From Gemmatimonadota bacterium (GTDB lineage: Bacteria > Gemmatimonadota > Gemmatimonadetes > Palauibacterales > KS3-K002): DNA of 64,000 nucleotides. The notes beneath the pieces are model-generated. The model was not told the DNA's origin, searched no databases, and saw only the letters and a program-made list of their open reading frames with translations. This document shows, piece by piece, positions 52,898-62,120 of this stretch. The stretch lies in the NCBI GenBank assembly GCA_039586795.1, contig JBDHJS010000014.1, positions 1 through 64,000 on the forward strand. Direction: 5' to 3'. Each line of letters opens with the position of its first letter. Positions within the stretch are counted from its first letter, which is position 1. Position numbers and translations under genes: made by a program.

Positions 52898-53572
52898 TTA
52901 GTCTTTTCGATCGCCGGGGCGAAGGATGGGAGACGGGCTCTCCAGGCCGCTCACCTTGTTCTGGAACGTCGAGTTCCCGAACGGCGCGGCTATGAGATCC
53001 ACGTCCTCGGGCGAAAGCTGCTGCTGCCCCGCGTCTTCCGGGTTCTCCTCTCGGGCGCGCGGGTCCTTGAACGACTCGCCCTTGATCTTCTCCTGTATCA
53101 TCAGGAGCGAATAGAGGAGGCCCTCGGGTCGCGGTGGACACCCGGGTACGTAGACGTCGACAGGCACGATCGTATCTATGCCCTGGGTCAGCGTGTACGT
53201 GTCGAACACGCCACCCGTCGAGGCGCAGGCTCCCATGCTGATACACCACTTCGGCTGCGGCATCTGGTCCCAGATTCGGCGCATCACAGGGGCCATCTTG
53301 TACGACACTCGGCCGGCTACGATCATCACGTCCGCCTGCCGGGGCGTATAGCCCATGCGCTCCATGCCGTAGCGCGCCTGGTCGTACTTCGAGGCCGCCG
53401 CCGCCATCATTTCGATCGCACAGCAAGCCGTCCCGAACGGCATCGGCCACAGGCTGCCACGCCGCGCCCAATTCACCAGATCGTCCAAACGCGCTATGAT
53501 CCAGCTGCGCGGGATCTCGGTTTCTACCTTCCGATGACCTGGATCCATGGTGTCTTTATCCGCTTTCGCCAT
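52898..53572 (-). CDS. nuoB: NADH-quinone oxidoreductase subunit B
   Basis: GTACCAIEM, SMGACA, VPGCPPRPE. Confidence 0.97.
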   Translation of the reverse strand: MAKADKDTMDPGHRKVETEIPRSWIIARLDDLVNWARRGSLWPMPFGTACCAIEMMAAAASKYDQARYGMERMGYTPRQADVMIVAGRVSYKMAPVMRRIWDQMPQPKWCISMGACASTGGVFDTYTLTQGIDTIVPVDVYVPGCPPRPEGLLYSLLMIQEKIKGESFKDPRAREENPEDAGQQQLSPEDVDLIAAPFGNSTFQNKVSGLESPSPILRPGDRKD

Positions 53573-53627
53573 CTTCTATCCTTCACACCCCCACTACGAA
53601 TCAGCTTCAATTAACGCCCGGGCGGCC

Positions 53628-53984
53628 TCAATCCCACTCCAGTGCGCCTTTCTTCCACTCGTAGAGCAGTCCGATCACCAGGAGCGCCAGGAAGATCATG
53701 ATCGTTATGTAACCGAACAGTCCCAGCTGCTTGAACACCACTCCCCACGTGAACAGGATGACCACTTCCACGTCGAACAGCAGGAAGAGCATCGCCACCA
53801 CGTAGTACTTAACGGCGAAGCGCTCCCGCGGGCTCCCGATGGCCGGAATCCCCGACTCGTACGGCTCGCCTTTGACTTTGGTCGGCCTGTACGTGCTGAA
53901 TATCTGCGAGCCGATGACCATGATCGCAGCGACTGCCAGGCTCGCACCGAAGATCATGAGGACAGGAACGTACTCACGGAGCAT
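53628..53984 (-). CDS. nuoA: NADH-quinone oxidoreductase subunit A
   Basis: PYESG, FLLFDVE, YEWKKGALEW. Confidence 0.96.
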   Translation of the reverse strand: MLREYVPVLMIFGASLAVAAIMVIGSQIFSTYRPTKVKGEPYESGIPAIGSPRERFAVKYYVVAMLFLLFDVEVVILFTWGVVFKQLGLFGYITIMIFLALLVIGLLYEWKKGALEWD

Positions 53985-54031
53985 CGTCTATAGCCCCCAA
54001 AAACGAGAAAAAATGCCACAGAATAGCGGCC

Positions 54032-54059
54032 ATAATAACACCGCGACCCGCGGTGTCAA
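54032..54059 (-). promoter_or_regulatory. nuo operon sigma70-type promoter with a palindrome in the spacer
   Basis: TTGACA-16 nt-TATTAT (extended TG); ACACCGCG-ACC-CGCGGTGT at 54038-54056. Confidence 0.7.
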
Positions 54060-54072
54060 TAGAAAATCGGCC

Positions 54073-54100
54073 TTGATCCGCCCTTTTGCGTAGCTATATT
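54073..54100 (+). promoter_or_regulatory. Possible divergent promoter for dcd
   Basis: TTGATC-16 nt-TATATT. Confidence 0.45.
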
Positions 54101-54226
54101 CGTGCCACCCACCCAGTAGAACTCGGTAGGCGGTAAGTGGCAGTCGGTGGACGGTTTGCGGAAGGGCGGCACCCTGCGCAGGACGGCCTCAGTGCACGCC
54201 GAATCAACCCCACATTCGGAGCCCAG

Positions 54227-54781
54227 ATGAGCATCAAAAGCGATCGTTGGATCCGGGAAATGGCCCGGGAGCAAGGGATGATCGAGCCCTACGAAGAGAA
54301 GCAGGTTCGCCAGGGAGTGATCTCCTACGGGGTGAGCTCCTACGGCTACGACATGAGAGTGGCGCCGCATTTCCGCATCTTCACGAACGTCAACAGCGCG
54401 ATCGTCGATCCCAAGGCGTTCGACGATCGTTCGTTCGTCGAGTACGAAGGCGATGTCTGCATCATCCCGCCCAACTCGTTCGCTCTGGCCACTTCGGTGG
54501 AGTACTTCCGCATCCCCCGAAAAGTGCTCACGATCTGTGTTGGAAAATCGACCTATGCGCGTTGCGGCATCATCACGAACGTGACGCCGTTTGAGCCCGA
54601 GTGGGAAGGCCACGTGACGCTCGAGATCTCCAACACCACCCCACTACCCGCCAAGATCTACGCCAACGAAGGCATCTGCCAGGTGCTCTTCTTCGAATCC
54701 GATGAGACTTGCGAAGTCAGCTACGCCGACAAGAAGGGCAAATATCAGAAGCAAACTGGGGTGACGCTACCAAAGCTGTAG
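54227..54781 (+). CDS. dcd: dCTP deaminase
   Basis: MSIKSDRWI start at 54227, [23 protein letters not shown]. Confidence 0.96.
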   Translation: MSIKSDRWIREMAREQGMIEPYEEKQVRQGVISYGVSSYGYDMRVAPHFRIFTNVNSAIVDPKAFDDRSFVEYEGDVCIIPPNSFALATSVEYFRIPRKVLTICVGKSTYARCGIITNVTPFEPEWEGHVTLEISNTTPLPAKIYANEGICQVLFFESDETCEVSYADKKGKYQKQTGVTLPKL

Positions 54782-54887
54782 ATTCAGTGACCACGAGATT
54801 CAGGGGTCGGGGATTCTGGGAGTTCAACGTCGATCGCCTCAATCCCAAGACCCCCGAATCACGTAATCACCGAATCACCGAATCCCG
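54781..54887. repeat. Octamer (GAATCACC/GATTC) tandem-repeat hairpin between convergent dcd and M28 genes
   Basis: GATTCAGGGGTC..GGATT / AATCC..GACCCCCGAATC, followed by ACG TAATCACC GAATCACC GAATCCCG. Confidence 0.7.
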
Positions 54888-56522
54888 TCCCATCCTCGGC
54901 CGCTCCGCCGCTTTCGCCGCCCCAAGCCCTAAACGGAACGCGACCCGCGCTTGCTGCACGGCGCCCGCAAAATCGATCCCCGGCTCGCACTCATCGCTGG
55001 GCCGATGGTAGTCTCGCTCGTAATAGCCCTCCAGCATCTCTCGCCCCCAACCCGGCATGCGACCCACGTAGTCCAGCCCGTGCTGAACGAAGACGACGGG
55101 AACGCCTCGTCGCAGAAAGCTGAACGAATCCGAGTCGCCAAAGCTTCCCCGCTCCGGCATCTGATCGGGTTCCAGCCTGAGGTTCTCAGCTCGCGCCGCG
55201 GCGATCGCCGATCTGCCTAGCCCGGACTCGACCGCTCCCAGAGCAACGACATCGGCGGTGAGTCCCCAGAGATTGGCGCCATCGATATTGATCGCCGCCA
55301 CCGTCTTCTCCAGCGGTACGAGAGGGTTCGCCACATAGTGCCTTGAGCCGAGGAACCCGGCTTCCTTGCCGGTTACGGCGAGGAAAAGGATCGAACGCGG
55401 CGGCGTCAGCGGCATGCGCGAAAACGCCTCCGCCACCGCCAGCAATGCAGCGACCCCGGACGCGTTGTCGTAGCACCCGTTGTAGATGGAGTCGGTTCCG
55501 ACCGCGGGACCGATGCCCAAGTGATCGTAGTGCGCCAGGAAGACAACGAACTCGTCGGCGAGCTCCGGGTCGCTCCCCGGAAGTGTCCCAATCACATTAT
55601 GGCTCACGGCAGGCTCCACACGATTGCTCACCTGCGCCGAGACGGCTAGCTCCAGTCGGACAGGCCGAAAGGTTTCGGAGCGTGCCGATTCGAGCAGCGT
55701 CTCGAAATCCAGGCCCGCCATGGCCACCACCTGTCGCGCGGTCCCCGGGGCCAGCCACCCCTCGAAACCCAACGCAGCCGAATCGCTCGAGTCGGGTGCG
55801 GGCCACAAGAGGGCCTCGCGATGACTACTGAGTAGAAGATCCCAACCATAGCGCGCATCTTCGGTGTGAATGACAAGAACACCGACCGCGCCTCTCTGCG
55901 CCGCCTCTTCTAGCTTATGCCTCAGTAGACCCGCGTACGTCAGCGTGTCACCCCGAAAGCGGCCTGGCGGTTCTCCCGCAAGGAGCAGCAGCACTCTCCC
56001 GGCCACATCGTTATCCCGGTAGTCATCCCACCCGTCGGTGGGTGCCGAGATTCCGTACCCGACGAACACCAGGTCACCAACGACCCGGCGCTCTTCCACC
56101 GGTTCGGACGACCACGCGATGAACTCGCTCCCCGCGCCCGCGACGTAGGCCGCGCCACCCGACGCACGAAACGAAAGGCTCACATCAGACAGAATGGATA
56201 CCATGGGGACGGGCTGCAGGTAACCGGAGTCCCCCGCCGGCTCCAGCCCCACACCTTCGAATTGGCTCGCGATGTACGAAGCGGCCAGTTCGCCGCCCGC
56301 CGATCCCGCGCCCCGCCCCTCCATCAAGTCGCCGGCAAGAAAATACGTGTGAGCTTCGAGCGTTTCCGTCGTGATGCCGCTTAGCGGTTCCGATAGATCA
56401 TCTCGCGCGCAATTGACGAGACCGAACGCCAGTAGCGCGATGAGCGCGCCCAACCGCCCAATCGCATGCCCCCCCAAGCTCCTACGCGTCTGGATGGAGC
56501 TCCACCCCTTCTCCCGTAGCAT
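54867..56522 (-). CDS. M28 family metallopeptidase-like lipoprotein with PA domain (start uncertain)
   Basis: Lipobox-like LVNC; GRGAGS, LVFVGYG, AHYDHLG, DNASG, NID, YHRPSD. Confidence 0.88.
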   Translation of the reverse strand: MLREKGWSSIQTRRSLGGHAIGRLGALIALLAFGLVNCARDDLSEPLSGITTETLEAHTYFLAGDLMEGRGAGSAGGELAASYIASQFEGVGLEPAGDSGYLQPVPMVSILSDVSLSFRASGGAAYVAGAGSEFIAWSSEPVEERRVVGDLVFVGYGISAPTDGWDDYRDNDVAGRVLLLLAGEPPGRFRGDTLTYAGLLRHKLEEAAQRGAVGVLVIHTEDARYGWDLLLSSHREALLWPAPDSSDSAALGFEGWLAPGTARQVVAMAGLDFETLLESARSETFRPVRLELAVSAQVSNRVEPAVSHNVIGTLPGSDPELADEFVVFLAHYDHLGIGPAVGTDSIYNGCYDNASGVAALLAVAEAFSRMPLTPPRSILFLAVTGKEAGFLGSRHYVANPLVPLEKTVAAINIDGANLWGLTADVVALGAVESGLGRSAIAAARAENLRLEPDQMPERGSFGDSDSFSFLRRGVPVVFVQHGLDYVGRMPGWGREMLEGYYERDYHRPSDECEPGIDFAGAVQQARVAFRLGLGAAKAAERPRMGRDSVIR

Positions 56523-57096
56523 CTTTGCTCTTCGCTCTCTCCACAAAGTAGCGTCGATCGCTCTCGTCGTACTCGACAAGAATGATCAACGCGCCGTACG
56601 GCAGATCATCATCTCTCGTCTTGCACATCACCATGTGCAACGTCCCGTCCTCCTCCATCACCTGCGCCCGGCCCGCTGGATACTCCGGGCTGACCTCCCG
56701 ACTAACGACACGACCCTCCCGTCCGGCCAGATCCGTCGCCCCCCAACCAACGGCTTTGATCTCCGGGAACTGCCTTTCGAACAACTTACCCGCCGAACGC
56801 GTGAGCAAAGCCGCCACGAGCAGGGTGAACATCAGGCCCGGTAAGAATCCTCTCTCTTGTGATGCCGGGAAATAGTCGTGCAGCGCTCCGTTCACCGTAA
56901 GCCCCAGCACACCGACAACTACAGCAAAGACGCGAACCAGGAGCCGCCCCGCGACCTTATGCACGTCCAGAACACGGCCCAACCCATCGCCCAAACGGGA
57001 TACGGGCCCCAGCGGCGTGAACGAGAGCACCCCCAGCACCAGGGCACCCACGTACGGCCAGTTGTACCACTGGACAAGAAAGGCGAGGTAGCTCAT
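56482..57096 (-). CDS. YqiJ/NfeD-like membrane protein with C-terminal OB fold
   Basis: N-terminal NWPY..AL TM helices; LAGREGRV...GRAQV..DGTLH...G..IILVEY. Confidence 0.6.
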   Translation of the reverse strand: MSYLAFLVQWYNWPYVGALVLGVLSFTPLGPVSRLGDGLGRVLDVHKVAGRLLVRVFAVVVGVLGLTVNGALHDYFPASQERGFLPGLMFTLLVAALLTRSAGKLFERQFPEIKAVGWGATDLAGREGRVVSREVSPEYPAGRAQVMEEDGTLHMVMCKTRDDDLPYGALIILVEYDESDRRYFVERAKSKDATGEGVELHPDA

Positions 57097-57238
57097 GTCG
57101 GAACTTCGACTTGCGCTACCTCGACCCAGGATGAGAAAATCAATCTAAGCACTATATTTTACAACACTTTGCAGGTATCGCCTAAAGACGTACCTCACCG
57201 TCGGCCGCTCCTCGGCTACGCGGTCCGGATCCTTCTGA

Positions 57239-57269
57239 AATGAAATGGGGCACGAAGTCCGTGCCCCTG
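57239..57269 (-). terminator. Intrinsic terminator of mdh
   Basis: Minus strand GGGGCACG-GACTT-CGTGCCCC-ATTTCATTT. Confidence 0.7.
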
Positions 57270-57276
57270 TCCAGCT

Positions 57277-58209
57277 CTATAGCGTCTTGAGACGCTCCAT
57301 CGTGCTCTTGACGTGTTCAGCCGATGTCTCGAGGGCCTTCTGCTCGTCACCGGTCAGCTCGACCTCCACGATCTCCTCAACGCCACTCCTGCCCAGCTTA
57401 CACGGAACGCCAAGGTACGTGTCGCTGATTCCGAACTGGCCCTCCATCCAGGCGCAGCATGGCAGAATGCGTTTCTTGTCGAGAACGATCGCCTCGACCA
57501 TCTGTGCCACTCCCGCCGAGGGCGCGTAATAGGCGCTGCCTTCCTTCAGATACGACACGATCTCGGCTCCGCCCTTCCGCGTCCTGTCGATCATCGCATC
57601 GATCTCGTCCTGCGGCAGGAACTGTGACAACGGCACGCCAGCGATCGTCGTGTAGCGCTCCAGCGGCACCATCGTGTCGCCGTGGCCGCCGAGGACCAGG
57701 GCCTGAATGTCTTCGACGCTAACACCCAGCCGCTCCGCGATGAACATCCGATAACGGGCCGTATCCAGAACGCCCGCCATGCCAAAGACTCGACTGGGCT
57801 TGAAGCCGGTCGCTTCCTTCGCGACGTACGTCATCACGTCGAGGGGGTTGGACACGACGATGACGATCGCGTTCGGGCTCGTCGCTTTCACCTGCTCTGA
57901 CACGCTGCGTACGATCCCCGCGTTCGTCGACAGCAGATCGTCTCGGCTCATGCCCGGCTTACGCGGAATCCCCGCTGTAATTACGACTATGTCGCTGTTC
58001 GCCGTCTCGTCGTACCCATTCACCCCGACGACCCGCGTGTCGTACCCCATGACCGGGCCCGACTGATAGAGATCGAGAGCCTTCCCTTGAGGGATACCTT
58101 CGAGGATGTCAACGAGTACGACTTCGCGGGCAAGCTGCATCTCCGCCAAGCGGTGAGTCTGTGTCGCGCCGACATGCCCCGCACCGACAACCGTGATTCG
58201 CTCAACCAT
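57277..58209 (-). CDS. mdh: Malate dehydrogenase (LDH-like)
   Basis: [37 protein letters not shown] 58209. Confidence 0.96.
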   Translation of the reverse strand: MVERITVVGAGHVGATQTHRLAEMQLAREVVLVDILEGIPQGKALDLYQSGPVMGYDTRVVGVNGYDETANSDIVVITAGIPRKPGMSRDDLLSTNAGIVRSVSEQVKATSPNAIVIVVSNPLDVMTYVAKEATGFKPSRVFGMAGVLDTARYRMFIAERLGVSVEDIQALVLGGHGDTMVPLERYTTIAGVPLSQFLPQDEIDAMIDRTRKGGAEIVSYLKEGSAYYAPSAGVAQMVEAIVLDKKRILPCCAWMEGQFGISDTYLGVPCKLGRSGVEEIVEVELTGDEQKALETSAEHVKSTMERLKTL

Positions 58210-58350
58210 ACGATATTCCCGCTCCCCCGCATCTCCGGCACGACCCTTCGGCGCACGAGCACCCCGGCGAAAAGAAACGCTGGCCACCGGCCGGACGGCT
58301 GCGGGTCTATTGTGATGGGGCTAGATGAGCTGATTTGGGCCAACGCGAGG

Positions 58351-58379
58351 ATTCTACTGCGTTGACTATGAAGCGGCAA
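58351..58379 (-). promoter_or_regulatory. Sigma70-type promoter of mdh
   Basis: TTGCCG-17 nt-TAGAAT on the minus strand. Confidence 0.6.
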
Positions 58380-58405
58380 GCTCTTAACGCCGTTAAAGAA
58401 GAGTC

Positions 58406-58485
58406 GACGGTAGACGGTTAGTGGTGTCAACCACAGTCTACTCGTCTACTGTCCACCGTCCACTGTCTACCGTCCACCGTCCACC
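58406..58485. repeat. Heptamer (GTCYACY) tandem repeat with inverted arm at the moaE 3' end
   Basis: Six contiguous units at 58444-58485 plus inverted GACGGTAGACGGT at 58406-58418. Confidence 0.8.
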
Positions 58486-58898
58486 GGATACCCCTCCTGC
58501 CACTCTTCCTTCCCATCCCGATACCGCTCCCGCTTCCAGATCGGGACTTCGCGCTTCAGTCGTTCGATGATCTCACGCGAGGCCTCGTACGCGGCATCGC
58601 GATGAGCGGCCGCCACGGCGATCGCGACGCTCACATCACCTATCTCGAGATCTCCGACCCTGTGCACGGCGGCGATATCCGTCACATCGCACTGAGAGGC
58701 GACCTCTTCGCAGATCGAGCGCAGTTTGGACAGCGCCATATCGCCGTACGCCTCGTAATGCAGGCTCTCCACGTCACGCCCTTCGTGGTGGTCCCTCACG
58801 ACGCCGCTGAACGTCAGCACTGCGCCATCCGCGTTCGTCCTCACCCGACGTTCGAGAGCGGCCACATCGATAGGCTGGTTGACGATCTCGCAGTACAT
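58467..58898 (-). CDS. moaE: Molybdopterin synthase catalytic subunit
   Basis: GAVLTFSGVVR, LHYEAY, HRVGDL, AAHR, LKREVPIWKRE. Confidence 0.95.
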   Translation of the reverse strand: MYCEIVNQPIDVAALERRVRTNADGAVLTFSGVVRDHHEGRDVESLHYEAYGDMALSKLRSICEEVASQCDVTDIAAVHRVGDLEIGDVSVAIAVAAAHRDAAYEASREIIERLKREVPIWKRERYRDGKEEWQEGYPVDGGR

Positions 58899-58903
58899 GC
58901 GGT

Positions 58904-59146
58904 TCAGCCTCCGGCAACCGGTGGTATGAGCGCCACCTCGTCGCCGTCTTGAAGCGTCGTGTTGTTTAGCACGTATTCCTGGTTCACCGCGACCGCCACA
59001 TTGGCTGGAACCGAATCAGCGCCTAATCGGTCACCGATCGCCTCGATCAACTGCGCGACTGTCGCGCCATCGGGTAGCTCGAACTCGGCCTGGTCCGTTC
59101 CGGCAAAGTCACGGAAGACGGCAAAGAAGAGGACTGTCACTCGCAC
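58904..59146 (-). CDS. moaD: Molybdopterin synthase sulfur carrier
   Basis: VLFFA, AVNQEY, DGDEVALIPPVAGG (C-terminal GG). Confidence 0.95.
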   Translation of the reverse strand: MRVTVLFFAVFRDFAGTDQAEFELPDGATVAQLIEAIGDRLGADSVPANVAVAVNQEYVLNNTTLQDGDEVALIPPVAGG

Positions 59147-59224
59147 CGGAGACTCCAGCTGGGAATTACGGATACACTACTCCCGCGAACGGGGGTAATG
59201 CTACCCATAAGATGATGTCGCGTC

Positions 59225-59497
59225 TCAGACCCCCGACGCCGGCGACTCTGTCGCGAGCATCAAGAGGAATTTGCCTATGGAGGGGTGGTAGCGGAGTGTC
59301 GAGCAGCGAACTCGCGTCTGCTCGCCATCTCGCGCGGCGTGTACCGCGAGGTGCCCACGGAAGGTCTCGAACCTGACGAAGCCTTCACCCTCTTCGACCA
59401 GCGAGCCCGAGTACCCCGAGCTCGCCTCCGTGAAGTAGTTTTTCGCCAGGCCGACAACTTCATCTGGTGACAGGGAAACCAGAGTCTCTCTTGTCAT
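59225..59497 (-). CDS. Small hypothetical protein
   Basis: 90 aa, SD AAGGA, co-oriented between HU and moaD. Confidence 0.7.
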   Translation of the reverse strand: MTRETLVSLSPDEVVGLAKNYFTEASSGYSGSLVEEGEGFVRFETFRGHLAVHAARDGEQTRVRCSTLRYHPSIGKFLLMLATESPASGV

Positions 59498-59560
59498 TCC
59501 TTCTACCTTCTCGAGCGGCTATCCGGCGCTTGACCGGAAAGCGGGGGAAAAGATCGAGAC

Positions 59561-59872
59561 CTACCCGTGGTAACTCTCTACCGGAATCTCCTCGCCGGCA
59601 ACCTGCGCCCTGAAGTTCTTCGAGGGCTTGAAGACTGGCACGGCGCGCGCCTCTACACGAACCGGCTCTCCGGTTCGAGGGTTCCGAGCTACTCGCGCTC
59701 TCCGGTTGCGCACCTTGAAGGTACCGAACCCACGAATTTCGATGTGGTTTCCTTCGGCAAGCGCCTGCCGGATGGCGTTCAGAAAGCCATCCACTACGGC
59801 GGCACAATCCTTCTTGGTGATACCGGGCCCGATCGCCTGTGCAACCTGTTCGACCAAATCGGCCTTGGTCAT
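59561..59872 (-). CDS. HU/IHF family DNA-binding protein
   Basis: MTKADLV, IEIRGFGTF, ARNPRTGE, PVFKPSK. Confidence 0.95.
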   Translation of the reverse strand: MTKADLVEQVAQAIGPGITKKDCAAVVDGFLNAIRQALAEGNHIEIRGFGTFKVRNRRARVARNPRTGEPVRVEARAVPVFKPSKNFRAQVAGEEIPVESYHG

Positions 59873-59934
59873 CCCATCCTCCGAGATTCGCTAGACTGAA
59901 AAGCCCGCTGTTGAAAAAACGGTGGCAACGCTCT

Positions 59935-60882
59935 TTAGCGATGCCGCAGCAGATACATCAACCGCGGTCCCGGATCCAACCCGCCTTCAGCAAGCATGTC
60001 CATCAGGGGCTCCGCGGCGTCGCCCCCGCCCGCTATCCAGCGCACTGCTGAGGTCATCAAATCCCACCACGTCACACGGCGTCTTTCCTCCCGGATTACT
60101 GTTCGCGGCTCCGGCCCTAATCCCGCCATGTTTCCAGCTATCGCGATGGCATCGACCAAATCACCTTCTCCATCTATCAGACCGTACTCGCGCGCGAGTC
60201 GACCTGTAAGCACCCGACCATCCGCTATGGTGAGAACGGAGTCCCTCGACATTTCCCGCTCACTCTGGATCACCGTCACGAATTGGTCGTACACATCATC
60301 TACGACCTCTTGAAGCAGTCCGAGCTCCGTCTCCGTGATCTCCCGGTACGGCGAACCGATGTCCTTGTGCTCGGAGCTCTTCACCACTTCGAAACTCAGC
60401 CCAACCTTGTCGAGCAACTCCTCGTAGTTCGGGAACTCCATGATCACACCGATCGAGCCGACCAGCGAACCCGGCATCGCGAGAATCGTGTCCGCTCCCA
60501 ACGACGCGTAGTACGCTCCCGAAGCTCCGACCGCACCGATCGCCGCCACGACCGGCTTCCCTTCCTCCCTCAATTCCGCGAGCTCCCGGTACAGCATCTG
60601 CGAGGCCGCGACCTCTCCGCCCGGCGAGTTCACCCACAGCACAAAACCCTTCACCGAGGCGTCCTTCTGATACTCCCTCAGCTCACGCAGCGCCCGATTT
60701 CCCTCAGTGATCACGCCCCTGAGCGGCAGTATCGCTATTCGGTCCCGGGCGAGGACCGTGACCCCGCCTCCCGGTACGGCGGTGTAGACAACCAGGATCA
60801 GCCCTGCGGTGAACAGCGTTATGACGCCTGCCACCACCAGGACAACCCACCAACCACGGAAACTTTGTTTCCTAGCTTCCAT
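59935..60882 (-). CDS. sppA: Signal peptide peptidase SppA (S49, short form)
   Basis: VNSPGG, ASGAYY, GSIGV, K.SEHKD, DGRVLTG. Confidence 0.93.
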   Translation of the reverse strand: MEARKQSFRGWWVVLVVAGVITLFTAGLILVVYTAVPGGGVTVLARDRIAILPLRGVITEGNRALRELREYQKDASVKGFVLWVNSPGGEVAASQMLYRELAELREEGKPVVAAIGAVGASGAYYASLGADTILAMPGSLVGSIGVIMEFPNYEELLDKVGLSFEVVKSSEHKDIGSPYREITETELGLLQEVVDDVYDQFVTVIQSEREMSRDSVLTIADGRVLTGRLAREYGLIDGEGDLVDAIAIAGNMAGLGPEPRTVIREERRRVTWWDLMTSAVRWIAGGGDAAEPLMDMLAEGGLDPGPRLMYLLRHR

Positions 60883-60974
60883 TTACCAGAGGACAGGCAC
60901 TCCGATGTGCCTTCAAGGGATTAAATAACGGGGAGGAGTTGGGGGGCCTAAGTTAAGTAATCAGAACAAGTAAG

Positions 60975-62120
60975 TCAAGTCGAGCCTCTCCGCTTCGCCA
61001 TCAGACCGACGAATTCATCAAACAGGTAGCGACTGTCGTGCGGTCCCGGCGCCGATTCCGGGTGATACTGAACCGCCAGCACCGGAAGTTCCTGATGGCG
61101 AACACCTTCCAGAGTTCCGTCGTTCAAATTGACGTGAGTGGCGACCAGGTCGGGGGCTCCGGGGATCTCGACGCCCTCCGCCTGGACGGCAAACCCGTGA
61201 TTCTGGGACGTTATCTCGATCCGACCGCTTGCCAGGTTGATCACCGGATGGTTCCCACCTCGGTGTCCGTAAAGGAGTTTGAAGGTTCGGGCTCCGAATC
61301 CGCGTGAGATGAGCTGGTGACCCAAGCAGATGCCGAAAACGGGAATCTCGCTCACGGCCAACGTCCGTACCAGATCGTCCACGCCGGGAACCGCCGCCGG
61401 ATCTCCCGGGCCGTTAGACAGGAAGATTCCATCCGGTTCATTGGCCAAAACCTCGTTGGCCAACGTGGTCGACGGATACACCGTCAGATCGCACCCGAGG
61501 CCCGCCAGCAGATCGAGACTTCGTCGCTTCACCCCGAAGTCGTACACACCAACTGCGAACCTCCGTTCGCCTTTCGGCGACACCGAGTAGGGTTCGGATG
61601 TGGTCACGACGTTCGTAAGGTCGAGGCCTGCCATCGACGGGTGTTTGAGCACGCGTTCGAGTATCTCGCTCTCACCCAGTTCCGCCGGACCGATCGCTGC
61701 GCGCATGGCGCCTTCCGACCGAATGTGACGTGTCAGCTTCCGCGTATCGACGCCTTCGATACAGGCGATCCCGTGGCGTTTCAGATATTCGATGAGGCTC
61801 GATTCGGCTCGCCAGTTGCTGAAGCTCGGACTCAACTCCCTGACGACGAGGCCCGCCACCCATGGACGCGTCGCCTCGTCGTCCAGCGGCGTGACGCCGT
61901 AGTTCCCGATCTGCGGAGCGGTCATCGTGACGATCTGCCCGGCGTAGGACGGGTCGGTGAGGATCTCTTGATAGCCCGCCATGCTGGTATTGAACACGAC
62001 CTCACCCGGGGCAACGTCATCATCTTTGCCGGCGAGATAGCCGTGAAAGGCCGTACCGTCCTCGAGGACCAACAACCCGCGTCGCTTCGTGAAGCGGGAG
62101 GCGTTAGCTTCTGGCGTCAT
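60975..62120 (-). CDS. carA: Carbamoyl-phosphate synthase small subunit
   Basis: LVLEDG, GEVVFNT, LTDPSY, SNGPGDP, GICLGHQ, QYHPE. Confidence 0.97.
   Translation of the reverse strand: MTPEANASRFTKRRGLLVLEDGTAFHGYLAGKDDDVAPGEVVFNTSMAGYQEILTDPSYAGQIVTMTAPQIGNYGVTPLDDEATRPWVAGLVVRELSPSFSNWRAESSLIEYLKRHGIACIEGVDTRKLTRHIRSEGAMRAAIGPAELGESEILERVLKHPSMAGLDLTNVVTTSEPYSVSPKGERRFAVGVYDFGVKRRSLDLLAGLGCDLTVYPSTTLANEVLANEPDGIFLSNGPGDPAAVPGVDDLVRTLAVSEIPVFGICLGHQLISRGFGARTFKLLYGHRGGNHPVINLASGRIEITSQNHGFAVQAEGVEIPGAPDLVATHVNLNDGTLEGVRHQELPVLAVQYHPESAPGPHDSRYLFDEFVGLMAKRRGST

Noticed and set aside
54110..54226. Structured dcd leader or riboswitch
   Set aside because: Only short GC stems (TGCG/CGCA, AGGG/CCCT) that could arise by chance at this GC content
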